Assembly: GCA_000708835.1 (NCBI GenBank)
Contig: DF237166.1
Span: 73,870-137,869, forward strand
Direction: 5' to 3'
From: Klebsormidium nitens
Taxonomy: Eukaryota > Plantae > Klebsormidiophyceae
Length of the DNA: 64,000 nt
Shown here: piece after piece, positions 50,309-62,502 of the stretch
Layout of the letters: the number at the start of each line of letters is the position of its first letter
How positions within the stretch are numbered: the stretch's first letter is position 1
The notes under the pieces: generated by a model
Told to the model about the DNA's origin: nothing
Database searches by the model: none
The model's input: the letters and a program-made list of their open reading frames with translations, nothing else
Made by a program: the position numbers and the translations under genes

Positions 50309-53300
50309 TCAAGCCCAGGTTGGTTCCATATCGGAATCCTCGAACTTCTGCATCCGAAGAAAGTCCACGTAGTCCGAGAACACGCCGTGGTTGGCCGTGT
50401 CCTCCAGCCGCACAACCGCCGCGTGCAGCGTGGGGCTCTGCCTCCGGCTCAGGCTGCTCTGCACCTCAGGCTTCACGTCGGCCGGCTTCAGTTTGAAGTA
50501 CAGCCGGTACATGAACGACGGGAGCCGTCTTCCCTCCAGCAGGTTTCGCGCCCACGTCTCGCCCCAAGTAAAGTATTCCGACAAGTAGAACGGCTCGGCC
50601 TTCAGCAACAGCTCGAGGTAACGGTGGTGCGCGCTGCGTGAAACAGTGATGAGGCGATCAGATCTTGGTGAGCCCTGCGGCGAAGGGCACTAACGTCCAG
50701 CGGCCGAAAAGTAATCTGTGGAATAGGCTTTTATGTGACGGCATCGCGAATGAGAGTCGACCGAATGTTTTAGTTTTACAAAGCGAGCGTTGGCGAGTGC
50801 TTTTGCACCGGGCGAGAGTCAACCAAAGTCCACGTTTAACAGCCGCCGCACAGGACCACGTGGCATCGCGGCGACCAAAGAGACTAATTCCAGTGTGTTT
50901 GGTCGCCGAAGCCACGTGGGCGCACATCCTTTTTCAACGTCTCAGGAAAGTCTTCGTGGAACAAAACGAGTTCTAGCAGACATGGGAAATTACACTCGCT
51001 TCCAGACAACCAGAGTACGTTTGCGCACCGCAGCCCATCCGCCACCGCTGATAGAATGAGGAGCAGCAAAAAGCAGACGACACACGGCAAGCAATCTGAC
51101 AGTGCATCTTTTGAAACTACAACAATCTATCTTCAAAGGGTTCCAACTAGACTGGAGGGTTGGACTAGACTTGAGCTCAGTGCTATCCAGTTCTTCGACA
51201 GTGCACACGAGCATGGCACCCATACTTGGAAAAAGACCAGGAAGCCGCAATGCAGACTAAGCAGTTCGCAATCCAGCGGGTGGATAGAAGAAACAGTGCA
51301 ACCAACTCACTGCAGGTGGCGCACGTTGCGGGAGCCGTGGAACAGGGTGTCGGGGCATCTGACGTACTGCCCCTTCGAGTTCCGGTCGAAGCACGACTTG
51401 GCCGTGTCGGAGAAGTCCCGGCGCCAGTCGTTCGGCATGAACGACTCCTTGGCCGCCTCCGCCACCAACCGCAGCAGCCTCTTCTTGGCCGTCGGCTCCG
51501 ACTCCGCGAGCAACATGCATATGTCGTTGCACACGGTGTTGAATGTGTCGCCGCACTCCTTGACGGTGTAGAGACGGGGGCCGAGGAACTCGCGGGACCT
51601 GGAGACGAATCGGGTCGCAAAGCTGGTTAGCCAAACCCTGACTAGATTTGGTTAGTGACTAGGCACAGGATGTTGTAGTTTAGAAAAGCAGCAGCTGATC
51701 AGTAACCTCCGGTGATCGGAGCAAGCAAGGTGGAGCTAGAGGCGGAAAGCTTGGTACAGAAAGTGGTTAGGAAACCAGAAAACAGAACCGGATTGTAGCA
51801 TTACTAGAAGGCGATTCTGCTTACAGAACGGACCGGAACAGAATTGTGCGGAGCTCCTGCACTGTTTCGCTTTATGGAAGCGCGCGTCTTCATTGGAAAC
51901 CTTTGCCTAGTTTGCGAAAGACCTCTGGAGAGGAGGGCTTCGCTTTATCAGTCGTCGATGTTCGGCGAGCTCGAGGTTTGCCTGCTTGAAATCGAGTGCT
52001 ATGAGCGGTGACACCTGTCGAGAAGATAGTGGCCGCCACGTGGCGGCTGCAGAGAACACGCCACGTGGCACCAGCCGGAAGGGCGTAGTGTGACATCATC
52101 TCTTAGTAACGAAAGGTTTGGTTTGAAACGGGCAACATGAGAGCACTACAAGTACGTTCCCTGAAAGGCCCCGGAGAAATTTTGAGAAACGTTTTGAAAA
52201 CTCAGGCCAGTGACGTCTTGACCAGAAGACCGATATTCCAAGAACTCAGCGCCAGCTCCACGCAGATGAAAGTTGGCTCGGAGACGGCATCCCATTACTT
52301 CATTTCTGAAGATCCACCAAGCAACTGAGTTGAGGAGCTTCGACTCAGCCAGCCTATGCATTTCAAGGTTCTGAAACTTGATAAGACAATCCATAGAACT
52401 TCTCCGACTCGCTCTTGCAAAGAAATCGCAGACTCGAAAGAACGTGAATCAGTCAGTGCGGCACCTCCTTTGATTCAGCCTTCTAATTCATCAGAAAGAC
52501 CAAAATACATATCCCAACGCCTTTTGCGACTAAAGTTTGTGCCAAGACTAAAGGGTACTCACCACGGGTCTAGCGGCACGCGCAGTCCCTCGTGAAACTC
52601 CCGCCCCAACTGCTCCGTCTTCTCCTTGTCCTGCAAGGGTGCACAGAGCCAGTAAAGAGATTTGGCAACGAACAATATGCCTAAGATGGAGCCGGGTTGC
52701 TGAACTAGCTTAAACCTGACACCCTGGACCTTTACAATTCTCTTTTTGGAAAGCTCGAAATGGAAACAATTATTCCAAAACTTCGTCGGCAGCTCTCGTT
52801 CCGTTTCGGAGAGGGCGGCAGCTCTTCTTCGGATATCAGGGCTTACTCGCGCTGCGTGCAAACTTCAGTGAATGTCACCGATAAAAGTTCGGTAAACCCC
52901 TCCGAAAAGGAAGTTTTGCAGAAAAGAGAGTTCGTTGCATCTGCAGAACGCTAAGCTAGATGGGCGGTCGTTCGTGTTTTACAAGCGCACCAAGACTGCG
53001 GTCGTGACCTCAGCGACCGGAACTTCGGTTCTGAATGAGCAACCATGAGTTGTGCGTAAACCAGGCAGTCACCAATCCATCATCGGTCTCAATCGACAAC
53101 GATTACGTCATCAGTTGGCTAAGAGAGAAGGCCAATCAAATCACCATAGAAACTACAGACCCTGTCAGCTCATTTCCTTCCTCTGCGGGCGCTCCCGCAC
53201 AGCCGTAATGCAGATTTGCCCTTCCGCCTCTATACTGGATCAAACAGAACACCGAAAGCGAAGCTTGGAACGGGTCCGCAAAACTCACACCCGCCGCATA

Positions 53301-56300
53301 GAAGTATCCGTGGGCTCCCTCGCTCCGCGCCCACAGCTTCGACTGCTCCCAGGTCGGCGGCGTCATGGGGCTGAGCAGCCCACTCGACCCGGTCGCCCCG
53401 CTCCCTGGCTGGCCGCTCCCCGGTGCTGCCTCCAAAAGGTCCCGGTCAGTGGAGGCGCTCCCCGGGGTTGGCGCAATGCGCACGGGCGGCAGTGCCATGA
53501 GCGCGCGGTCGCCGATCGCCCGGGCAGCGTCAAGCCCCGGCCGCTGTGCCTCGTTCCCCAGCGCCACGGGCAGGGCGTCCACCGCGCGGTCGTTGCTCCC
53601 CCGGGCAGCGTGATCACCCAAGCTTTTTGCCCCGGCCTTCCCTGGCGCCCGGGGTTCTAGAACGAGCGCCCGGTTTCCGTTCGCTCGCGCGGCCTCATCT
53701 CCCAATGTCCGTTCACCGGGGTTCCCTGGCTCGTTCTCGGTCTGCCCAACCCCGACCGGTATTGCCAGCCGGTTGCTCACCGTCTCGCCGGCTGCCCTCG
53801 CCTTTTCTCCTCCAATTTCCCCGGACTTAATTGTTCCCATCGCTTTCTTCCCGGCCGCTTTGGTTGCCTCTCCCGTCCCAGCCAAAGCGGCTTCCCCGGT
53901 TGCTTCCTTGCCCAGTCGGCCCCGGGGCATTTCTCCCCTCTTCAGCGGCCCGCTCTTTCCAGCCCCTCCTCCTTGCGTCTTTTTCCTCGCGCTGTCCTTC
54001 GCTCCACCTGCCGAAGCTTTCAGTGCCGGAATCTTAACGAGGGCCCGGTTCGTCAGCTTGATGCCAGTAGTTCTCTTCACCGGCTGCTTTCCTGGGGCCC
54101 CATTTCCAGCCTGCTTCGTCTTCGGCTTGACCGCAACCACCTCCCCGGGCATCGCCGAACCAGGTCCTCCTACAGCCGGCTGTTCCCCGGGAGCTCCCTT
54201 CGAGCCGGCCTTCCTCCCGGGCGCATCTTTCCCGGTCCCCGCTGCCATCTCCCCACCCGCTTCCTGGCCGCCACGTGTCAGCGTCTGCTTCGTCCTCCCG
54301 GGCATGCCTCCGGTTTTGTCCTTCACCAGCGCGGCGTCCTCAGTCTGTGACTCTCTCGTCTCCGTCGGCGCGTCGTCCGTTGCTGACGTCGCCATCCTCA
54401 CCCCTTCCTTGTCTGTCATTGCTCTCGCCCTCGCCTCTCCGAGCACTTCTCCGCCCGTCCCCCCAGTCAGCTTTGCGGGCGCTTCCCTGGGGCGCTCCCC
54501 TCCGTCGCTGCCCAGCTCTTGCGCGCACTCGGTCTCTTCCCCCCCTGCGCACATGGCCGGACTGCCGCCGGCTTCTTTCCCCGCCCAAAATTCAGGCTCC
54601 GGCACACGAGCAAAGAAACTCGATGCTTTCCGCATCATCTGCTCCCATTCGCCGTTCCATTCCGCCCGTTGCTGATTCAGCGCCAGCAGTTGCCTCCAGA
54701 AGCCGGCACCAGGCTTGACCTCCGGATCCGATGCTGTTCCGCTTGGGGGGTGCGTCAAGGACTGCCTGCGGCTGCCCCTCTTCGCAGAATCAGAACCGGG
54801 GGGTCGCGGGGTGGTTTTCTGGACAAGGGGAGACGACTTGTTCGGAGACGTTCCCGCGTGGAAACCCCCCGGCGTGACCGGACCGCCGTCGCTTCCCGTC
54901 TTCCGGCCGTCACTGCCATCTTGCGCCGGGGAGGCGTTCTCTTTCCCGGCCCCCATGCTAGAGCGCCGCGACTTCCGGGGGGGTGTTGAGTTCGACATTC
55001 CGGGGAGAAACGGGGCCCCGGCGTCGGAGTTGAAGTCACGGTGTGCGAACGGGTCGGCGCTGTCCCCGCTCCACGGGTCACGATCCCCGGCGCTCTCCTC
55101 GCTGTCGCCGCTTTTCAGAGACATTTGGGGGGGGACAGTCCCTGACGGCATGCTGCCAGGGGGAGAGGGGGGGGACTGTTCGACGGCTGGGGTTAGCGAA
55201 AGCCGACTCAGCACGTCCGCTTGCGTCACGTCTGAGCCTGCCGCCGCTGCCTCTGGCGCCTGACCCCGCTCATCTTGCACGTCACCCCCCTGGCTGTTGA
55301 CGTCAGCAACTGCGTCTCCCCCACTAACAGCTGCGCACCGAACGTCGCGCTCCGCCCCGCCGCCGTCTGCGTCTTCTTCGTCACCGTCTCCGGCTCCCGT
55401 CTCCTGCTCGTTGCTCGGGCTTTTGGCCTCAATATCCGTCTCCAGTACCGTGCTTGCATCGCCCTCGTCCGGCTCAGCGCCAACGTCGTTCAGACTCTGC
55501 TCCCCAGACGCATTCTCCAGGCCGTCTGCCCCCTCAAACCCTCCGTCGGACTCAGTGGGGATCTCCCCCTCCTCGAGCTCCGAGCTTCCGGAGTCCCTCC
55601 TGCCTTCCTGCCCTTCTGGTGCGCCCTTTCCCTCGTCCGCACCGCTTGCGGGGCCCCCCTGATGGCCCACACCGTCCATGAGTGCGTTCTTGCTCCCCCC
55701 GCCCATGGCGGTGCCACCCGATCCCGTCTTCTCAGCTGTCGGCGCATCTTTCTATGGCTCGTTTTGCAGCTTCACGTTGGCAGGCTCCAGTGTTGTGGTC
55801 TTGTCATCCATGCGCAGCTTCTTGGCGGGGGGCTTGTCCGTTGAGGGGTGGGTGGGCCTCGGACGCTTGGAGTCGGTGGGGGTGGCCTGTCAGAAGCAAC
55901 CAGTGACGTCAGCAGGAGACATTCAGGAAGTGCGCGCTCTTTTGATCACTGATGATTTAGGCGCACACCTTGGTTGTTCAGCGATGCCCTCAGTGAACAC
56001 AATCCTCAGGCCTCCAACTCTCACAATTATCAGTCACACCGCCTGACCTCACGACTCGAGACAACAATCGATTTCGAGCTCTTACGCTTCTTCCCCAACG
56101 CGCACGTGCCTAACAGCGAGCAGTGACGTCGTCATCCCTGAAAGTACGTCTTGCCTCCGCTTTTCGAACCCTTGCCCTGTGGAAATTTCGGGTGATCTGA
56201 ATACTGGCACCAGAGTTGACAGACAATCACGCCCTGTACTTTCTGAACCCCATGCAAGAGTCTTCTCAGTCGAGTTTAAGCAGAGACGTCAGCTCCAGTC

Positions 56301-59171
56301 GTGAAATTTTCAGCCTGTAACATGCAATGGCACTCCAAAAGTCCGCCCGATTTCAAACCGAGGCTGTGAAGACAGAGGGCCTCGTTTTCGCCAGCTGACA
56401 TGTCGAACTCCACGGCACCAGATAGCAAAAAGACACAAACCGTTGGCACCAACCGTTGCTAGCACATGCAATTCTACCGCTCATATCGTTGTCCCTTTCT
56501 AGCAATATCAAAACTACTCAGAAGCACTACGTCCCTGATCAATAACCAGCACACTATAAGTGACCACAGTAGCTTACTCATCAATTGTCTCATCTTACCT
56601 CAACGTTGCGACTCTGAAGCAAGTCTGAAGCTGTGCGTTCAAGAACTTAGCCCCAAGTCTAAGTGACTTTCACCCTTCCCAAGTGAAATACATGAGATGC
56701 AATGCCATTCACCGGCACTGGTTCTGACTCTTACCACGATGCGAGTGTGCTCAGCCTCCACCCAGGCCCAGTACCGGCTGAGGAAGGTCCCCCTCCTCTC
56801 GTCGGCCCTACCCTTCACCATGCACAAGCATGCGGATACACCAGTTTGCTTTGGTTGATGCACGTGCGCCAAGTAGTGGTGCACCGCTTCAATGCTGCAA
56901 ATGCGCGCCGGCCTGCAGAACAATCTCAAGGTTTCTTGATATTTGTGATTGTTCAAACCCCGCTCACCTGCTCAACGTGAATGACGCAGTCAGCGGTCTG
57001 ACATATGCGGTCAACGAACAAGAAGTGTATTCAGACCCTCCCTTTGCCAAGACAGGTTCTCCCAACGCCCTTTGCTGAAGACAACATCTTGACAATCCTA
57101 ATCAGAGTCCCCATCCTCATTTCCAGGTCAGAGTCTTGAACGGAGGAAGGTCAAACTCTACATACTCAGCTCTGACAAGGCAAAGTCACGCCACCACGTT
57201 GCTTTAAAATGCTGCAGCTAATTGCTGCCAGCTGTCCTGGAACATTGCTTGGAGGTTCTCTAGAAGGATCTCCTCAGAAATGCACATCCCGGTCGCGCCA
57301 GCTGTCAGATTTACTTGACGGCAGTTATTGCCGCATGCCACTTTTGCCGCTCTATGCACCGTAGCTGTCTCTCTTGCACCTTCATTTCTCTCCAACTGTC
57401 AAGCTGTTGCCTCCCTGGCCAGTACCAACAGCAGATCAGAAAAGAACAGCAGGTTGAGCATGATCAGACAAAGAGAATCTTTTCGTTCCGTCTCCCTGAA
57501 TCTCAGCAGCTGCCCTTAAGGTGCCAGCTGGTCATCGACCTGTGCGCCAGCTGTCAGCGTGCCTCTCCAGTCGATGCAACAACGACTTGTCAAAGGCTAT
57601 CTTTATTCGTACCAGCCCTTAGGATTGACTAAGATCGCTCTCTTTCTTGAGAGCTCAGAAAAGGGAGTTTGTTTGAAGTATGTAGAGCTGCTTTGTTCTC
57701 CGACATGCATTGTACCATTGATGGCAAGAGCTTCTCAGGTCAGGTAGGTCAGGCTTCGCAAAGGTCACGCTCTCAATCAACAAAATCCTCTACTTTTAAT
57801 CATGCTCCAGACATCCTAACCAGTCAGTAAGCAGGTTTGACTTTTAAGCAGCTTTCTACTCACTGATTCTTGAGTGAAGCAAGCTTGAGCCATGGAACTG
57901 TATGGCCCGCTTCCTCCAGGAATTTTGCTGCCGCTGCAGTTCTCTGCTGAAGGTAGCGAATCGGCTCGTCGGGCATCTCGAAGGTTGCGGCAACCACGTC
58001 CTTCAGGTCCAAGCCGGCCCTGGCAACCTTGATCTCCCACGAACTCACGGTGATCGTTTCCTGCACAAGCAATAAATTGTCAGGTTTTATTCAGGTTCTT
58101 TTCTTGAAGACAGCAAGTCTCTGCTTCAGCGCCATCTGTCTAGGCTATCGAAAGCAACAAATCTCTGCACCAAGGCTGCTAGTCTAAAGAGGCTGCCCCG
58201 ACAAACCACGCATGCAGGCTATCTTTCAGATGCTGGGGTGACCCGCACGCCAGCTGTCATCAAGGCAACTCGTCTAGTCAGCCAAGATCCCATCACCATC
58301 TACCCCATCTGTTCAGGATGCTTTAACAATTGGATTGTGTCCAGGAAGCACTATCAAGCTATCTCGTGCCGGGACCACATAAAAGTCTTTAAGCCAAAGG
58401 CCTTTGATTCCACGTTTCTCATTTCTACGATGATGCAGTTCTTGTGTATCATTGAAGGCATCCATTGAATGGGTCCATGATTACTTACCTCGTACTCCTC
58501 TCCCAGATCCACTTCTTCCGGCCCTGTAAACAGCAAAAAGATCTGCGGTCGAAACCAGAGCATATGATACACTATGAAGTCTGTCTATCTCTTTGTGTAA
58601 TTGTTCTTGTCGAAAGAACTCTTAAACATCGTCCTGCAAAAATACCCAAACAATCGCTCTCAGAGGTTCATATCGGTCCATCATCAAAGTCTCTCAGGAA
58701 ATCCTCCCTTACCTGCTATCAGAGGGTTCACCACCAGCCCTGACATGCAGAATTCACGTTCCAGATGTATGGAATGCTGTGAATATCTTGATTCATTAAG
58801 CCTAAAAGTGGTCAAATCTCTCAAGAATCCTGCGTTCTCACCTTCCTCTTCCACAGCTGCCATTATCCTCACACCGTCTGCCGATCCAGCTGCGCAGCCT
58901 GCAGGAGTACTGAACTGCGACGAAGTCCTTAGTACCTGCCAGCGCTCACATCACCAGAGCGGTCTCCTGAATGCACCTATCTGTACTTTTTTGTCTTCAT
59001 TAAATGTCTCAGGACGGTTCTATGAAACACCTTCTTAGCAGCTTGCGAGACGAAGCGGCCACCATTGGCACGACCATCTCCACCAGAAGTAGCCTGAACA
59101 GCGCCACAAATGGCGCAGTACGTATGGCTATAACTTGGAAAAGGGATTCTCTTGTGAAGCGCGTTTGCCAT
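50309..59171 (-). CDS. Uncharacterised protein, paralog B of convergent pair (one in-frame TAG at 55752-55754)
   Basis: Exons (minus) about 59171..59031, 58914..58713, 58523..58489, 58060..57864, (unresolved junction), 56848..56735, 55886..53289, 52630..52563, 51598..51311 and 50633..50309. GT-AG sites and phases match paralog A. The 5' end is uncertain. Confidence 0.78.
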
Positions 59172-60394
59172 GGTGTGAACCGATCGTCTTCACAGCTACT
59201 GTTGATCAGTGTCCTGACACTCAAGACACTGTACGTATGAGTGCACGAGCGTCGAAAGGAAGTTTGACACAGTACCACGAAAGATCTAACCAGGCGAAAA
59301 GCCCCGTGCCTGAATCGCCCTTGCAGCTTGCTGCTTGCAAGACGGGAAGGATACGAATCACGGGGGACAGGGCGGAGGACGCCGGGGACGCGAGTCGGGG
59401 ACGAAGACTGTGCACGGGGGAGCTGGAGTCGACCGGGCCCTCGACTGATTTGCAGAAAGTGTCCTGACCACTGGAGTCTGATGTCATCAGGAACTTGAAG
59501 GGATCATCTTTAGATCTTTAAGGAAATTGTACATATCTGCGGTCTACTGAGTACTCCCCTTTTTGGCATGCCATTTCCTTGGCGTTCTTTGCGCTCCCTG
59601 TGTGTGCGCGAGCGGTCGCGTATTATTGAAAATGGCGACAGCCGTAGAGTTGATCACAGTACGACGCCGCGATCGAGGGGGCGACCACGGGCTGAACTTC
59701 AGGCTAATTGCGTCGCTATTTTCCCTCTTAAGATTCTGCGTTTCTACCCCGCCCGAACCTTTCTACCATCCGGATTTACGGGCCGTGCCTGTCAGCTCCA
59801 GAGTCAAATAAGATATTGGCCTTGGCCGCGGCTGCCTTACCGAAAAACATCATTCGTGGCGTCTTACTTGGCTTCGAGTCCTTTCGAGCGGCTGACAGAA
59901 TACTTTCTGTGAGTAAACCTGCTTCAGCAGACACTTTGTCAGCAACAGAAGCAAGATACAATACTCATAGCTTCTCAGGACTTCGAACAACCTGCCACGT
60001 GTCATCTGGCTGCAGTTGACGGACCAAACCGCCTTTAGGAACAGTCAGTATAACAGAGAAATTCTTTAACATAGGAAAAGGCACAGACATGCTATCACGA
60101 AGAGTCAAAACACATGCTGACGTGGCAGTAGGATTTTCATCAAACGCAGAATGAAAGTGCCAAACACGTTCTGTCAAATCTTTGACTGAACTGGCACTTA
60201 ACCACATACGCTTGCCTGACATCGAAGATGACGGGAAGTCTGAGTTAGGACATACAGATCTGTGGAAATAGAATCTTCAGAACGATGGACTCCCATATCA
60301 AAGATACGACCAGTAATGTTTGATATACTCAGGAAGTCTTGTTCTGACAGATCTAACACAGTGTTGTTAACACTAGACAACAGTCCTGCACTGC

Positions 60395-61138
60395 CTAGCG
60401 TTTCCGAAAATCCTTCCTGCCCTTCTTCTGTTTCTTGCCACTATTGCTACCTTCCTGAGACTCCTCAGTACAGTCTGCCGCAATATGGCCCGGCTTCCCG
60501 CAGTTGTGGCAGAGGCGGTTCGCCATGTTGTGAGCATACTGCTCATCGTTCAGGGCAGCAGACAGCCGCGCCTTCGACGTCTTCCCGGTGCCACTCCCGG
60601 ACGCCTTACGTTTGGCAGCCACCGACTTGGCGGTCTGGGCAGGTTTACGCTTCAAGCGTTCCTCAATCATTGGCCACTGCAGAGTAGCATACTGCATGAG
60701 AGCACGCAGAGCATTCCAACGAGTACCGGCGGGAGACGTTCTGCACAACTCCTTCAAATCCACTTGGAGACCAGACCGATACTTCTCGATCTTAATCTGC
60801 TCGTCTGTAATCTCAGCGGCAAGGTTAGTAACAGCTTGCTCGAAAGCAACGTTGTACTCATCCACACTTGTGAAGCCCTGCTTGAGATTATTCCAGGTGT
60901 CCCAATAAGACTGAATGGGGGTTCGCAGACCATAGGTCCACGAGTCATGACCAGTGTCCCTGAAAAACTGACGAGCATTCGGAGGATACACTCCTGGGTT
61001 TGCACGCTGATACACAGCATACTGGGAAGACCAATAAGACCTTGGCTTCCCATTCAGATACGAAGACGCCAGACGCAAATACTCAGCGTTAGGCGTGTTC
61101 CGAAGATACTCTTCGATCTGATCATTGAACCACTCCAA
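60395..61138 (-). pseudogene. gag: Retrotransposon gag (capsid plus CCHC zinc knuckle) fragment
   Basis: Retrotrans_gag-like motif and CX2CX4HX4C knuckle; in-frame stop and frameshift upstream. Confidence 0.9.
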
Positions 61139-61886
61139 GATGGGCGGGTTGCTAGCCTAATTCTCCCACTTGGAAGGAGGCGAAGCCTTTACTTGCCCTG
61201 CAGCAGCTGCAACGGCCTGGGCCTGAGCAGCAGCAGCGGCCTGAGCCTGTTGCTGTGCCTGTGCAGCCGTAGCCCGAGCCTGCTGCAACTGACCCTGCCA
61301 TCGCTGTCAAGTCAGCGTGATTACGATAATCACGCTTCAGCAACACAGAGATCCTGATGGCGTCACTGCCATGAGTCAGGGCTTGCGTCTCAGCCGCAAT
61401 TCTGGCAGGATTTGTCTGAAGACCATTATAGTACTGGTCAAACTGGGCAGCTGTCATTGCCGCAAAGTTCGGCAAATTAGCCGCCATGGCTGAAGATTCA
61501 CCTGAATCAACAGACTGACTCCTCACTTCCCGACAAACAGGAATGATGTAAACAGATTGAGAGCTACCTCCAACAATCTGACAATAGGAAGGAGGCGTAT
61601 CACTCTCAGATGGCAGATCGGGAACACTGTCCCAATCCTCATAAATCGCACTCCCCTCTTCGCCAGAGACCTTCTCCTTCCCCTTGCGTGAAGGCTGAAA
61701 AACTGCGGCCTTAGGATTGAGAGCACTCGTGGAAGCCTTAGCTGTTGCTTCCTCCTCAGAGTCTTTGCCAATCGCCAACTCAGAGATCGTAAAACACAGA
61801 TCCGTTATACGGTCAAGAGACGAAGCGATGCGCTCCTTCTTCGACATGGACCCAACTCCAATCTCGCAAGAGATCATAACACAACC

Positions 61887-61897
61887 CTCTGATACCA
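61887..61897 (-). promoter_or_regulatory. Primer binding site complementary to tRNA-iMet 3' end
   Basis: TGGTATCAGAG on the minus strand, 1 nt after the LTR-terminal CA. Confidence 0.9.
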
Positions 61898-61917
61898 CTG
61901 TAACGGTTGGCCAGCTA

Positions 61918-62226
61918 CCGTACCGGAACGGTATGATTCCGAATGGTCAAAAAGGCTAATTATCTAATCGAATACGACTTCGTTTAGCGATTTATTTTAT
62001 GAATCCGACCATGATTCCGCATCCGCCCTGAAAACGCTCCCGAGCACTTTTTTGCCCCGGAAAAGTCCCTATAGGGCTGACCGGTTGACATTTTTGAATT
62101 CCGCCGGCTAGCCAGCAATTATTTCTTGAATCCGAAAATTCACTTTCCGAACGAAAAAGTGGTAATGTAGCTTTCCGAGGGGCAAATAATTATTTAATTA
62201 TTCGGAATCATACCGTTCCGCTACGG
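61918..62226. mobile_element. 309-bp Tc1/mariner-type MITE inserted in the LTR
   Basis: 27-bp TIR ccgtaccggaacggtatgattccgaat / attcggaatcataccgttccgctacgg (1 mismatch), with TA on both sides (61916-17, 62227-28) and an AT-rich interior. Confidence 0.9.
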
Positions 62227-62502
62227 TATATGCAAAGAGCTGGCAGGATAACTACACACGTTCAGCGACCATGTGCGGAAACCATGGAAGCAGGCGTTCT
62301 CAAGCGATGGCGCAGCTCAGAAAATGGTCGTTCTTCTGCTCAAGACAACTTCTGTCCTCTCGTTGGACAAGTCCCTCAGAACATCCTTCAAGATTTCAGA
62401 GTCTTGTTTCTGCCTGCGTTCAGTCAATCACGAATCGTAGAGAGGCAGAATGGGCAAAGCCCATGGCTGCGTCTAGTCATCTCCATGACGTCCTTCCAGC
62501 GT

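Larger units (their letters stand above)
59776..62502 (-). mobile_element. Decayed, truncated Ty3/Gypsy-type LTR retrotransposon (LTR part, PBS, gag, protease fragment)
   Basis: LTR ends ...gttaCA at 61899, followed by a PBS. Gag 60395..61138 has WNNLKQGFTSVDEYNVAF and the zinc knuckle CHNCGKPGHIAADC. Upstream gag is broken by a frameshift (about 61290) and TAG (61157-61159). Protease motif ILFDSGA at about 59790-59815. No RT, RNase H, integrase or second LTR recognised. Confidence 0.88.

Noticed and set aside
58354-58700. EEYEV and VYHM suggested a chromodomain/integrase tail of the Gypsy element
   Set aside because: 58489-58523 is bounded by strong tttacag / gtaagt sites and its phase fits paralog B, mirroring the 32-nt exon of paralog A.
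56050-59780. Searched for a second LTR matching 61899 onward
   Set aside because: No match to tgtaacggttggccagc or the downstream LTR sequence was seen by eye.
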